From: Halodesulfurarchaeum sp.
GTDB lineage: Archaea; Halobacteriota; Halobacteria; Halobacteriales; Halobacteriaceae
Length of the DNA stretch: 64,000 bases
Assembly: GCA_034520565.1 (NCBI GenBank)
Contig: JAXHNL010000002.1
Location: 1,056,001 to 1,120,000, forward strand
Direction: 5' to 3'
The position numbers and the translations under genes are program-made. The notes beneath the pieces are model-generated. The model was given only the letters and a program-made list of their open reading frames with translations. It was not told the DNA's origin and did no database searches. This document shows, in pieces, positions 1 to 10,369 of the stretch (its first letter is position 1; each line of letters starts with the position of its first letter).

Positions 1-281
1 GAGAGGCACCGCCACCGGATTCCCGGGGTGCAACTGACGAGCAGTTCGTCGACTCCTATCTGATTGCGGAGAACTTCGACGTGCTGGAGGAGGTCGAAGC
101 GATCGCCGATGACGTCGAGGCCAGTCCGGCCCAGGTCAGTCTCGCCTGGCTGCTCCATCACGAACAGGTCGTCGCCCCGATCGCCGGGGCCACGTCGATC
201 GAGCAACTCGAGGAGGACCTCCGGGCGACAGAGATCGCCCTCACCGACGACCAGTTCGAACGGATCGCGACCGCGAAGTGA
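1..281 (+). CDS. Aldo/keto reductase, C-terminal part (5' end outside the window)
   Basis: Frame open from position 3; SPAQVSLAWLL...PIAGATSIEQLEE...LTDDQFERI is the AKR C-terminal signature. Confidence 0.85.
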   Translation, partial: EAPPPDSRGATDEQFVDSYLIAENFDVLEEVEAIADDVEASPAQVSLAWLLHHEQVVAPIAGATSIEQLEEDLRATEIALTDDQFERIATAK

Positions 282-761
282 TCAGGTCCGCTCGAGGACC
301 GTTTCGTCGTACTGAGTCTCGCCGATCGTGGTCGTGTCGGTATCGACGTGTTCGAAGCCACGGGTCTCGTAGAACTCCTGCATGTGTGAGTTGGCCGCCA
401 GCGCGGTGGCGCGGATCCCTTCGCTCTCGGCCTCGAAGTCTGTCGCGATCGCCTCATAGAGGTCCTCCTCGATCCCGGCCTTCCGGTGGGCCGGATCGAC
501 GTGAAGGCGGAGGATCGTGCCCACCGGACCGGATCGATGGGCGTGCACGAATCCGATAATTTCGTCGTCTTTCTCGGCGACTCGAAGGTCAGTCCCCGGG
601 TTCGAGAGTTCCATTCGGACGACTGGATCGCTGTACCAGCGTTCGACTCCAGACTCGATCGTCTCCTCGTTCACTCGCCCCGCGTAATCCGTCCGCCAGG
701 CGGCCTCGGCCACGCGCCGGATTCCCTCGATGTCCTCCTCCGTGGCTTCACGGACGTTCAT
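282..761 (-). CDS. GNAT family N-acetyltransferase
   Basis: VREATEEDIEGI start, LHVDPAHRKAGI acetyl-CoA motif, N..MQEFYETRGF motif. Confidence 0.85.
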   Translation of the reverse strand: MNVREATEEDIEGIRRVAEAAWRTDYAGRVNEETIESGVERWYSDPVVRMELSNPGTDLRVAEKDDEIIGFVHAHRSGPVGTILRLHVDPAHRKAGIEEDLYEAIATDFEAESEGIRATALAANSHMQEFYETRGFEHVDTDTTTIGETQYDETVLERT

Positions 762-786
762 ACCCAGACCTTGATCGCCGATCGCC

Positions 787-1719
787 TTAGTCGTCCCGTC
801 CCAGCAACCGGCTGATACCGGCCAGTTCCCGGGCGATCGCCTCCCGCTTGATCAACCAGAAGCCGGCGAGGATGACCAGGAAGCCGGCCCCGGTTGCCGC
901 CGAGACTGACTCTCCAAGGACCATCCACCCGGTAAGTGCCGCCCAGATCGGGGCTGCATACGAGACGAGGTTGATTTCGACCGGTCCGAGGCGCTCGAGG
1001 AGGTCGAAGTAGATGAGAAAGCCGATCGCACTGGCGACGACCGAGAGGTAGAAAAGCGCCACCAGCCCCTCGAGACTCCAGGCGACCGAACCGACCCCTT
1101 CCCCCAGTAGCACACTGATCCCGTGAAGCATGATCGCGCCGATCACCATCGACCACGCCTCCATCGTCTCGACCGGCAGGCTCGCCTCGAAAGTCGTCGC
1201 GAGCACGCTCCCGAGGGCGAAACTCACTGCGGCCATGAAGACGAGAAACTCGCCGACCGTCGCGGTTTCCACGAGCGAGCCGAGATCCGGTTGGGCGATG
1301 ACGACGACCCCGAGGAGGCCGAGCCCGAGCCCGATGATTCCCAGCGGCGAGAGCGTCCGGCCCGGGAGCATGACCCGGGCGAAACCGGTCGTGAGTATCG
1401 GACTGAGGCTCACGACCACGGCGGCGACGGCACTCGTCGTCGACAGTTCGCCCACGAACAGGAATGCGTGATAGCCGGCGATCATGAACGCCCCGCCGAC
1501 GAGACTCAACACCCACTCGTCCCGGGTTTTCGGCCGCCAGCGGTCGACGGTCAGGATCGCGTACCCGAGCATCAACAGGCCTGCGAGGTCGTAGCGAAAG
1601 GCCGCAAAGAGCACCGGCGCTTCGGCAAACGTTTCGAGTCCGGCCTTGATCGCCATGAACGCCGTCCCCCAGATCGCCGAAAGGAAGAGCCACGACAGGA
1701 CGCTTCGAACTCGCGACAC
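787..1719 (-). CDS. DMT/EamA family transporter
   Basis: About 10 hydrophobic helices; IWGTAFMAIK and LAGLLML EamA-type motifs. Confidence 0.9.
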   Translation of the reverse strand: MSRVRSVLSWLFLSAIWGTAFMAIKAGLETFAEAPVLFAAFRYDLAGLLMLGYAILTVDRWRPKTRDEWVLSLVGGAFMIAGYHAFLFVGELSTTSAVAAVVVSLSPILTTGFARVMLPGRTLSPLGIIGLGLGLLGVVVIAQPDLGSLVETATVGEFLVFMAAVSFALGSVLATTFEASLPVETMEAWSMVIGAIMLHGISVLLGEGVGSVAWSLEGLVALFYLSVVASAIGFLIYFDLLERLGPVEINLVSYAAPIWAALTGWMVLGESVSAATGAGFLVILAGFWLIKREAIARELAGISRLLGRDD

Positions 1720-1745
1720 GGTTCAGGAGTGGTGGGTCGGCACTT

Positions 1746-2264
1746 TCAGCGTTCCGTCTCCTCGGCGAGCAAAGCGAGTTGCCCCGTCTCGTGGAGGTGG
1801 GTGAGGACGTCCTGGCGGGTGATGATCCCGTCGACGAATCCGTCCGTCGTCACCGGGACCCGGTTGACGTTCGGCTCACGGCGGGCGAGGATTTCGATGA
1901 CGGTGTCGATGTCCGTTTCGGGGGACACCGTAACGACGTCCTCGGTCATGACGCTGCTGACGGGATCCCCTGCACGCCTGGCGAGGTCGATTTCGATGTC
2001 CAGGTCCCCAAATGAGGCCTCGATCGCGTAATCGACCGGCTCGAGGAAGGGCGGCAACCCGACGGGTATCCAGAGCGTTCGATCCGACGGCTCGAAGATC
2101 TCGACGAGGTCTCGCTGGGTCACGATCCCGACGAGTCGCCCATCGTCGTCGACGACGGGGAAGCCGTTGAACGGCCGGCTCGACATCTTCCTGAGGACAT
2201 CGCCGACGGAATCGTCGTGCTGCACCGTTTCGACGTCGCCGGTCATCAACTCGCGGGCCTTCAT
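1746..2264 (-). CDS. CBS domain protein
   Basis: MKARELMTGDV...FPVVDDDGRLVGIVTQRD and a second CBS repeat VMTEDVVTVSPET...GIITRQD; start placed at ATG 2264 within the longer ORF. Confidence 0.9.
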   Translation of the reverse strand: MKARELMTGDVETVQHDDSVGDVLRKMSSRPFNGFPVVDDDGRLVGIVTQRDLVEIFEPSDRTLWIPVGLPPFLEPVDYAIEASFGDLDIEIDLARRAGDPVSSVMTEDVVTVSPETDIDTVIEILARREPNVNRVPVTTDGFVDGIITRQDVLTHLHETGQLALLAEETER

Positions 2265-2336
2265 ATCCCGGATTTGGGGCCCGTGGGTCATGAGTGTTGG
2301 CGAGAAATTTATGAGGGAACCCGGGCAAGTGGGCAT

Positions 2337-2954
2337 ATGGCCACGATGGGCCGGCCCCGACTCCGGGACCTCTTCGACGAGGCGCCGACGCCGCACATCG
2401 CCCACCCGCCCCACACCCACCGGCGGGACTATTACGTCGCGACGGACGGCTCCTTCGAGTCGACCGGGGCCGGCCTGGGCGTGATCATCGAAACCCCGAC
2501 CGGTCGGCGAATCAAGCGCCTCGCCGTCCCCGACGGCGCACCGGACAACAACGTCGCCGAGTACCGGGCCCTCCACCTCGGGCTCGACGCCCTTGCGGCC
2601 CGGATCAGCCATCCCGCGTCCGTCGGGATCCTCGTGGATCACGACGACCTCGCGAGCAACGTCAACGCCGCGGTCCTCGCCAGTCGCGACCGCGAGCTGG
2701 GCACGCTCGCGAAGGTGAACCACCCGCCAGGAACAGCCTCACACTGGCGGGGGATCCGGGCCCGGATCGCCGGGTTCGAGGCGGTCCGGGCCGCCGCCGT
2801 CTCCAGCGAGGAGAACCCGGCCCATCCCCTCGCGAACACCCCCGAAGCGTATGCGCACGTCAATCGCGCACCTACTGAAGCGTCGACCGAACCGGCCCGC
2901 CGCTCGGAGGGTGTGCCACCCCCCTCTCGTGCTGATCGCCACGCTGGCGATTGA
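2337..2954 (+). CDS. Ribonuclease HI-like protein
   Basis: YVATDGS..GAGLGVII, NNVAEYRAL and LVD motifs of the RNase HI fold. Confidence 0.75.
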   Translation: MATMGRPRLRDLFDEAPTPHIAHPPHTHRRDYYVATDGSFESTGAGLGVIIETPTGRRIKRLAVPDGAPDNNVAEYRALHLGLDALAARISHPASVGILVDHDDLASNVNAAVLASRDRELGTLAKVNHPPGTASHWRGIRARIAGFEAVRAAAVSSEENPAHPLANTPEAYAHVNRAPTEASTEPARRSEGVPPPSRADRHAGD

Positions 2955-2955
2955 G

Positions 2956-5221
2956 CTAGCTGGATTCCTCCTGGGCGTCGACGACGGCGACGGCTGCAAG
3001 GTTCACGATATCTTTGACGGAATCTCCCCGCTGGAGCACGTGGACCGGCTGGTCCATGCCGACGAGCATGGGGCCGGTCGCTTCTGCCTCGCCGAGTCTC
3101 TGGAGGATCTTGTAGCCGATGTTTCCCGCCTCGAGGTTGGGAAAGATCAGGACGTTTGCCGGCTCTTCGAGCGCCGAAAAGCCGTAGCTCCCGTTGAGCA
3201 TTTCCTCGACGAGGGCCGTATCAGCCTGCATCTCGCCGTCGACGGGGTAGTCGACGTCGCCGCGCTCCCTGAGGCGTCTCGCGGCCTCCCGGGGGATCCG
3301 GCTCGACTCGTCGTCGACGCTCCCGAAGTCCGAGTACGAGAGCAGGGCCACCCGCGGCTCGACGTTGAACTCGCGGGCCAGTGCGGCAGTGTGATGGGCG
3401 ATCTCTTCGAGACAGGCCGCTGATCGGGTCCTTGTTCACCGTCGCGTCGGCGATGAACACTACCCGGTTCTTGAACGTGAGCATGTAAACGCCGCCGGCG
3501 AACTGGGCGTCCGGAGCCGTCCCGATAACCTGCAGTGGCGGTCGGAGCGCCGACGGATAGTGATAGGTAAGACCCGAAAGCATGGCGTCGACCTCCCCGC
3601 GGTCGACGAGGACGCTCGCGAGGTAGTTCGGATCTTTCGTGACCAGATCCCGAGCCTCGTTCCGCGTCATGCCCTTGCGCTGGCGCAGGCCATAGAGGTG
3701 TTCGACCTGTTCGTCGAGGTCGGTCCGTTCCGGATCCAGGATCGTCGGTTCGAACTCCAGCCCCAGCTCGTCGATCCGCTGGGTGATGGTCTCGATTTCC
3801 CCGATGAGGACCGGCTCGGCGATTCCCTCGTCGGTCATCTGGTTTGCCGCACGGATGGTCTTCTCGTCGGCCCCTTCCGCGAGTGCGACCCGCTTCGGGT
3901 CGGCTTTGGCCTTGTTGTAGATGATCCGCATCATCTCGCGGGACTTGCCGAGTCGCGCCTCCAGATCTTCCCGATAGACGTCGAGATCGTCGATCTCGCG
4001 CCGTGCGACGCCAGTTTCCATCGCCGCCTCGGCAACGGCTGGGGCCACGTGGAGCAGTACCCGGGGGTCCAGTGGCTTCGGAATGACGTATTCCGGGCCG
4101 AACTGCAACGGTTGGTCGCCGTAGGCCTGGACGACTTCGTCGGGAACGTCTTCCCTGGCGAGTGCGGCGAGGGCTTCGGCCGCGGCGACTTTCATCGCCT
4201 CGTTGATCTGTGTCGCTCGAACGTCCAGGGCCCCGCGGAAGATGAAGGGGAATCCGAGGACGTTGTTGATCTGGTTCGGGAAGTCCGACCGGCCAGTCGC
4301 GGCGATGACCGTGTCCTCTCGGGCGGTCTTTGCATCCCGGTAGCCGATCTCGGGGTCGGGGTTGGCCATGGCGAAGACCATCGGATTGGCCGCCATCGAC
4401 CGGACCATCTCCGGGGAGACGATGTCGCCGACCGAGAGCCCGACGAAGACGTCCGCACCCGCCATCGCGTCGGCGAGGTCTCCCTCGGGAACGTCTCGGG
4501 CGAAGGCGGCCTTGTACTCGTTGAGTTCGCCCGCGTCGGCCCGCTCCTGGGTGATGATCCCCGTCGAGTCGACCATCGTGACGCTGTCCCGTGAGACACC
4601 CAGCGCGGTGTAAAAGCGGGCCGTCGCGATCGCACTCGCCCCGGCACCCGAGATCACGACCTTCAGGTCCGCAAGGTCCTTCCCGAGGATTTCACTCCCG
4701 TTCAGCAACCCGGCCCCGGTGATGATCGCAGTGCCGTGCTGATCGTCGTGGAAGACCGGGATGTCCATCCGTTCGCGAAGCCGCTCCTCGATCTCGAAAC
4801 ACTCCGGCGCCCGGATGTCCTCGAGGTTGATGCCGCCGAAGGTCGGCTCCATCGCGACGACACTTTCGACCATCGCGTCGGGGTCGGAGAGATCCAGTTC
4901 CACGTCGAAGACGTCAATATCGGCGAACCGTTTGAACAGCACTCCCTTCCCCTCCATCACCGGCTTCGCGGCGTCGGCACCGATGTTTCCCAACCCGAGG
5001 ACGGCGCTCCCGTTCGAGATCACCCCGACCAGGTTGCTCTTCGCGGTGTAGGTGTACGCGTCCGCTTCGTCTTCGGCGATTCGCAGACAGGGCGCTGCGA
5101 CCCCTGGGGAGTACGCCAGGCTCAGATCGCGTTGTGTATTCGTCGGCTTCGTGGTGGAGATGGACACCTTCCCGGGCGGATCCCGGGCGTGATAGTCCAG
5201 GGCGTCCTCGTCGAGTCCCAT
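2956..5221 (-). CDS. maeB: NADP-dependent malic enzyme (MaeB type, with PTA-like C-terminal domain); one frameshift near 3424
   Basis: [41 protein letters not shown] motifs; PTA domain continues in ORF 2956..3351 ([14 protein letters not shown]). Removing one base after NKDP restores [31 protein letters not shown]. Confidence 0.92.
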
Positions 5222-5317
5222 GAAACTAATTCCCACGCCCGGGGCCAAAAGTCTACCCGACGGGTTCGCGTTCCGACTTCGAGCAGTTTCCGGTGGTCCC
5301 GGCCGACACGCCCGTCC

Positions 5318-6796
5318 TCAGACGAAATCGCCGAGACCGGACTGGGCCTCGTCTTCCTCCTCCTCGGTTCGAGAATCATCTCCTTCGCCAGCAGCGGTTT
5401 CCGCCCCGTCGGACTCGCCTTTGTCACCTTCACCTGCTGGTGCCGCTGTGTCTTCGACGTCGACGGCCTCGGTCCGGGAACCGTGACTGCCCGCGAAGGC
5501 CCCGCCGGAGTGCTCGACGGCCGCACGTTCAACCTGCTCGGTGGCGTCTTCGACGATCGACTGGACTTTGTTCGTGTCCTCGCCACTCCCCGTGACGAAG
5601 GCGACGTGCGTGGCCTCGAGGTCGTAGGCCGCCGTCATCGCCACCGTCAGCTCCCGGTTCTTGCAGTGATGGGTCATCGCGGCGAGGTAGGGGAGGACAA
5701 CTCGCCGCGCCGTTCCCATGCTCATACCGCCGACTTCCGCGATCTTTCGAGCGACGTAATCGCGGGTCTCCCGGGTGCCACGGGACCGCCCGAGTTTCGA
5801 CCAGTAACTCGGCGGCCCGTAGCGGGTCCACCCGCCTTTCGTTCCCTCCCTGGCCGCGGCAACACCGGCGGTGACGTTGTCGGTCACGTATCGCCAGTAG
5901 CTGTAGTTCTGGCTCGAACGGACCCGCCCCAGCCAGCGGTCCCCGGTCGCGAGCGCGTCGTAGGCCCGGGCCAGTTCCGCACCCGCGTAGTCTTTCGGGA
6001 CGTTGTCCTCTACCCAGTTGATCAGGTCGTCCGGGGTCTCGTCCACGTCGTAGGACGTTTTCAGCGCTCCTTCGGCGTCTTCTTCCTTGAGTACCGCATC
6101 GAGGAAGGGAAAGATCCCCTCGGTGCGATCCCGATTGCCGGTCACCACGTCCTCGACTTCGAGCACCGAGGTCGTCTCCGCGAGCGCCTGCAGGTCGTTG
6201 ATCGCCGAGCGGAGGTCACCGTCGTTTTTCTCGGCGATGGCCTCGAGGGCGGCGTCGGCGTACTCGACACCCTCCCGCCGACAGATGTCCCGGAGGACTG
6301 GCAGAATCGATCGCTTCGAGACGTCGCGGAACTCGATGTCTCGACAGGCGTTCCGCAGGCCCCGTGACATCTCGTAGAACTCGTTTGCGATCAGCACGAC
6401 CGGCTGTGTCGCCGCCTTGACGAGACTCGTGATCGCTTTCGTTCCGCCGCGATCGACGGTCCCGTGGAGGTTGTCGGCCTCGTCGAGGATCACGAGTTTC
6501 CGGCCGCCGGAGCCCGCACTGAGCGTCCCGCTCCGGGCCGCCTCGCCGGCAACCTGCTCGACGATGTCCCCGGTCCGCTGGTCGCTCGCGTTGAGTTCGA
6601 TCACGTCCCATCCCCTGTCGGCGGCCAGGGCGTGGGCTGCCGAGGTCTTCCCGACCCCTGGAGATCCGTGGAGAATGACTGCCTCGCGGTGCTCCGGCCA
6701 CGTTTCAGCCCACTCCTCGAAGTCGTCCCGGGCCGCGTCGTTGCCGCGAACCTCCGCGAGCGTTTCGGGTCGATACCGCTCGGTCCAGTCCGCCAT
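5318..6796 (-). CDS. rfcL: Replication factor C large subunit
   Basis: WTERYRP, GSPGVGKT Walker A, IELNASD, ILDEAD, GDLRSAINDLQ, C-terminal PIP box QSGLGDF. Confidence 0.95.
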   Translation of the reverse strand: MADWTERYRPETLAEVRGNDAARDDFEEWAETWPEHREAVILHGSPGVGKTSAAHALAADRGWDVIELNASDQRTGDIVEQVAGEAARSGTLSAGSGGRKLVILDEADNLHGTVDRGGTKAITSLVKAATQPVVLIANEFYEMSRGLRNACRDIEFRDVSKRSILPVLRDICRREGVEYADAALEAIAEKNDGDLRSAINDLQALAETTSVLEVEDVVTGNRDRTEGIFPFLDAVLKEEDAEGALKTSYDVDETPDDLINWVEDNVPKDYAGAELARAYDALATGDRWLGRVRSSQNYSYWRYVTDNVTAGVAAAREGTKGGWTRYGPPSYWSKLGRSRGTRETRDYVARKIAEVGGMSMGTARRVVLPYLAAMTHHCKNRELTVAMTAAYDLEATHVAFVTGSGEDTNKVQSIVEDATEQVERAAVEHSGGAFAGSHGSRTEAVDVEDTAAPAGEGDKGESDGAETAAGEGDDSRTEEEEDEAQSGLGDFV

Positions 6797-6822
6797 TGAC
6801 GACTAGTTGCTGGCTCCCGCGT

Positions 6823-7521
6823 TTATTGATTCCGGGTCGGGGTTCCTCGACGGCGTGCCAAAAAGTACTGTTTCTCCCCGTCATCGGCGAGCGAATCCGG
6901 GACCGGTGCGGTCGATTCGAGCGCGAACCCGGCACGGTCGAGGGCCGCGCCGGTCTCCTCGGGCCCTGGATAGCTCCAGACCATCTCGACTCCGGAATCG
7001 AGCCAGTCCGGATTCCGACCCGCCCACTCCTCGGTTCCCGACGTAAAGAGGAGCCATCCCCCGGGTCGAAGCACCCGGGCCCACTCCTCGAAGACGGCCC
7101 GGTGTTCCTCCCGCGGGACGTGAATGATCGAATACAGTGCCACGACCGCATCCACGCTCGAGGCGGGAAGCGGGATAGCAGTCATTTCGCCCTGCAAGAG
7201 CGGCGTTTCGGGGGCCGTTTCGATCGCCAACCGGAGCTGCTCCCGAGAGATATCCAGTCCGATCGGATCGAATTCGTCCCCGTACCTGGTGAGGGCCGGC
7301 CTGCCGTCGCCACAGCCCACGTCGAGAACGCGAGCCCCCGGATCGAGTCGCGCCTCCAGGGCGTCCAGGAACGGCTTTCCGGCCGGCGAATCGGCGGCGG
7401 CGTTGGCGTACTCGTGGGCCAGCTCGTCGTAGGCGGCCCGAACCTCCTCGCGCATGGTGGGACTGACCGCCCCTTGCCCTATGGGCCTTCTGTCCGTGTC
7501 CTCGTCCTGTGCTCCGATCAC
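6823..7521 (-). CDS. Class I SAM-dependent methyltransferase
   Basis: VLDVGCGDG motif I, GLDIS, RVLRPGG; start either GTG 7521 (overlapping the upstream stop) or ATG 7455. Confidence 0.88.
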   Translation of the reverse strand: MIGAQDEDTDRRPIGQGAVSPTMREEVRAAYDELAHEYANAAADSPAGKPFLDALEARLDPGARVLDVGCGDGRPALTRYGDEFDPIGLDISREQLRLAIETAPETPLLQGEMTAIPLPASSVDAVVALYSIIHVPREEHRAVFEEWARVLRPGGWLLFTSGTEEWAGRNPDWLDSGVEMVWSYPGPEETGAALDRAGFALESTAPVPDSLADDGEKQYFLARRRGTPTRNQ

Positions 7522-8012
7522 CTGGAGTCGGACAGGTCCCGGGCCAACATTTCGCCCCAGTGCTCGAACTCGTGGCGTTCGTAGAAGGCTCTGGCCCGCT
7601 CGTTCGCCCGATCGACGTCGAGCAAGAGGCGGTCGAGGGGAAGGTCCTGGTCGCGGGCGACGTCGATAGCGGCCGAAACCAACTCGTCACCGACCCCCTC
7701 GCCACGGAACTCGGGCAGCACGTAGAGTTCGTTCAGCACGGCACCGTCCCAGATATGGGCCATCGCCTCCGGGAGGAGGAAGACATAGCCAACCATCGAT
7801 CCGTCTCGTTCGGCCAGCTGGACAGCCCGGGGCTCCTCGGCAACACAGCGGTCGACCCAGTCGAGATATGACTCACGGTAGGGCTCGTCGAGTTTCGTCT
7901 CGTAGCGCGATGCTTTCGCGTCGTCGCCGGTCCCCTCGCCCAGTCCTCGCTCGAAGCCCCGCTTGAGATCCCAGAGTACGGCGGTATCGCTTGCCTCGTA
8001 CGCTCGCACCAT
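7518..8012 (-). CDS. GNAT family N-acetyltransferase
   Basis: ELYVLPEFRGEGVG and NERARAFYERHEF motifs. Confidence 0.88.
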   Translation of the reverse strand: MVRAYEASDTAVLWDLKRGFERGLGEGTGDDAKASRYETKLDEPYRESYLDWVDRCVAEEPRAVQLAERDGSMVGYVFLLPEAMAHIWDGAVLNELYVLPEFRGEGVGDELVSAAIDVARDQDLPLDRLLLDVDRANERARAFYERHEFEHWGEMLARDLSDSR

Positions 8013-8116
8013 GCACTGCCTGGCGGCGCCAGCGGCGTGAGCGCTTCGCTTCCCTGTCGGGCGTGAATTCGTCGGTCGTCGATACCTTTTTCGGCAGATG
8101 GAGGCAACGACAGGGC

Positions 8117-8839
8117 ATGGACGACGATCCCCCTTTAGAACTCGCCGAGCGGATCGCGGGGGAGGTAACGCTGAGTGCCGAACCGGGTGGGACCTTGAAG
8201 AAGTGGCGAACGGACTTCGAGATCTCCCAGACGGACCTCGCCACCGAACTCGGGGTCTCGCCCTCGGTGGTTTCGGATTACGAGAGCGGGCGCCGCGAGA
8301 GCCCCGGAACTGATCTGGTCGCCCGTTTTGTGACTGCCCTCCTCGCCATCGACGTGCGTCGAGGGGGCGATCACGTCAGGCAGTTCGCCCGGGTCCTTTC
8401 GGCCGGGTTCGATAGCGACGTGGTACTCGACCTGCGGGAATACCCTCGGGCGGTGCCTCTCGAGTCGTTTTACGAGCGCATCGAGGCGACGGAAGTCGTC
8501 GCCGGCGGGCGGCCAACGATCAGCGGACACACGATCATCGACAGCATCCGCGCGATCGCCGAACTCCCCTCCGAGGAGTTCTATCGACTCTACGGCCAGT
8601 CCACGAATCGAGTGCTGGGATTCACCAACGTGACCCGGGGCGAATCGCCGCTCGTGGCCCTCCGGGTCGTGAACCCCAAGCCGAACGCGGTCCTCCTCTG
8701 TGGCCTTTCCGAGGCCGACCTCTGGGAACACGCCCCGGACCTGGCTCGACGGGACGGCGTCTCGCTCGCGGTGACGGAACTCGACGCGGAAGCCGTGCGC
8801 GCCAGACTCGCGGATTTTCCCGACGAAGAAACCTCGTGA
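8117..8839 (+). CDS. XRE-type HTH transcriptional regulator (conserved archaeal family)
   Basis: IAGEVTLS, LKKWRTDFEISQTDLATELGVSPSVVSDYESGRR HTH, FTNVTRGESPLVA. Confidence 0.88.
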   Translation: MDDDPPLELAERIAGEVTLSAEPGGTLKKWRTDFEISQTDLATELGVSPSVVSDYESGRRESPGTDLVARFVTALLAIDVRRGGDHVRQFARVLSAGFDSDVVLDLREYPRAVPLESFYERIEATEVVAGGRPTISGHTIIDSIRAIAELPSEEFYRLYGQSTNRVLGFTNVTRGESPLVALRVVNPKPNAVLLCGLSEADLWEHAPDLARRDGVSLAVTELDAEAVRARLADFPDEETS

Positions 8840-8869
8840 TCGTCGCTCCGTTTTCGATCGGCCTCTCGA

Positions 8870-10207
8870 CTACTCGATGTAGGTGTACTGGCGCTCGTTC
8901 ATCGGCCCCCACCCGTCGAAGACGAACTCGTCTTCGGGTTCAGTGAACGGTTCGAGGCCCTTTTCCTTGTCGTGGTTGTGCTGGTCGTGGACCAGCTCGT
9001 ATTCGTCGAAGGTGATGGGGCGACGGGCCTCGAGGCGCTCGTCGACGCGATCCCCGTCGATTTCCGCTTCCCAGCCCTCGACCACTCGCTCCTCGTGGAT
9101 CTCGGCCTGGGCTCCACTGCCGTAGGAACCGACGAGCAGCGTTTCCCCCGCCAGGTCGATGCCCTCGCGTTTGGCGTAGATCAGCGCGCTCAGGCGGGCG
9201 ATGTGGACGGAGCCGGTATACCAGTTCCCCACTCGGCTCGAAATGTCGAGGGTGGGCTCGATGACTCGTTCGTACCACTCGCGGTAGGTGTCAGTCTCCG
9301 CCAGCGCGTCCATGTACTCCTGGATGTCCTCGGCGAAATCCTCGCGGTCGTCGTACTCCTCGGGGCGGGGTTGCCGGCCGATTTGCTCGGCCAGTTCGTC
9401 CTCGATTTCGGTATCCCGGATCGTGTGGCGATACCCGAGGACTGCGGCCTTCCGAACCATGTTCGGGAACGGGGTGTGGAAGGGAATGAACCGGTAGTCC
9501 TCGGGGTGGCTGCGGCCGGTGACCGATTCGAAGTCCTCGAGGGCTTCGCGCATGCGTGCGAGATAAACCTGCATGGACCGCTTGCCGTCCACGCTGGGGA
9601 ACTGCTGGTTCGGCTTGAGGAAGTCCGTTTCGTCGACCGACCCGATGCCCTGTGCCGAGGAGATTTCGACGATCGCCGGGTCTTCGGTCACGTACATCGC
9701 GACCGCCCCGGCGCCCTGGGTCGCCTCGCCGGGGTCGCCACGCTCGTAGAGCGCGGTGTCGGTCGTGATGACGAGCGCCCCGCGCCCGCGGTGCCGGTCG
9801 GCGGCGATCCAGTTCACCGCGTCGTTCAGCGCCTGGGTGCCGGAGATGCAGGCGAACTTCCGCTCGCCCTTGTTGGCGTGGCGGAACTCGCCGTCGAGCA
9901 CCTGTTCGAGCGCGCCGGCGACGTAGGTCGAGACCGGCTTTGACTTGTCGAAAGCGCTCTCGGTCGCGACGTCGATCCGGCCCACGTCAGCGGGGTCGAT
10001 GTCCTTGCGTTCGATCAGGCGATAGGCCGCGTTCGCGGCCATCGTGACGATGTCTTCGTAGGCGTCGGGGAAGGAACTCTGGAAGAGGCCGAGTCCCTTC
10101 GTGTACTTCTCCGGGTCGTCGTCCATGACGGGCGCGAACTCCTCGGGGAGGTCGAGACTGAGTTTCCCCGTCCAGATCTCGATACCGTCGATGCCGACTG
10201 GTTTCAT
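8870..10207 (-). CDS. hmgB: Hydroxymethylglutaryl-CoA synthase
   Basis: EDIVTMAANAA, VATESAFDKSK, KFACISG catalytic Cys, EATQGAGAVA, FHTPF, GNWYTGS, GSYGSGA. Confidence 0.95.
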   Translation of the reverse strand: MKPVGIDGIEIWTGKLSLDLPEEFAPVMDDDPEKYTKGLGLFQSSFPDAYEDIVTMAANAAYRLIERKDIDPADVGRIDVATESAFDKSKPVSTYVAGALEQVLDGEFRHANKGERKFACISGTQALNDAVNWIAADRHRGRGALVITTDTALYERGDPGEATQGAGAVAMYVTEDPAIVEISSAQGIGSVDETDFLKPNQQFPSVDGKRSMQVYLARMREALEDFESVTGRSHPEDYRFIPFHTPFPNMVRKAAVLGYRHTIRDTEIEDELAEQIGRQPRPEEYDDREDFAEDIQEYMDALAETDTYREWYERVIEPTLDISSRVGNWYTGSVHIARLSALIYAKREGIDLAGETLLVGSYGSGAQAEIHEERVVEGWEAEIDGDRVDERLEARRPITFDEYELVHDQHNHDKEKGLEPFTEPEDEFVFDGWGPMNERQYTYIE

Positions 10208-10369
10208 GGGTTATTCGTGGTACTGCGGGTGGGCATATGGTACTGTCGATAGGGAGTTCGACGGATGACGAATAAGTAGTTGAGATTTTTATTAAGGCCG
10301 GTTACTACATAAAGAAAGCATCCTTACCGATTTTAGCCAATTTTCATTACATTGATGATTTAGTCGGGG

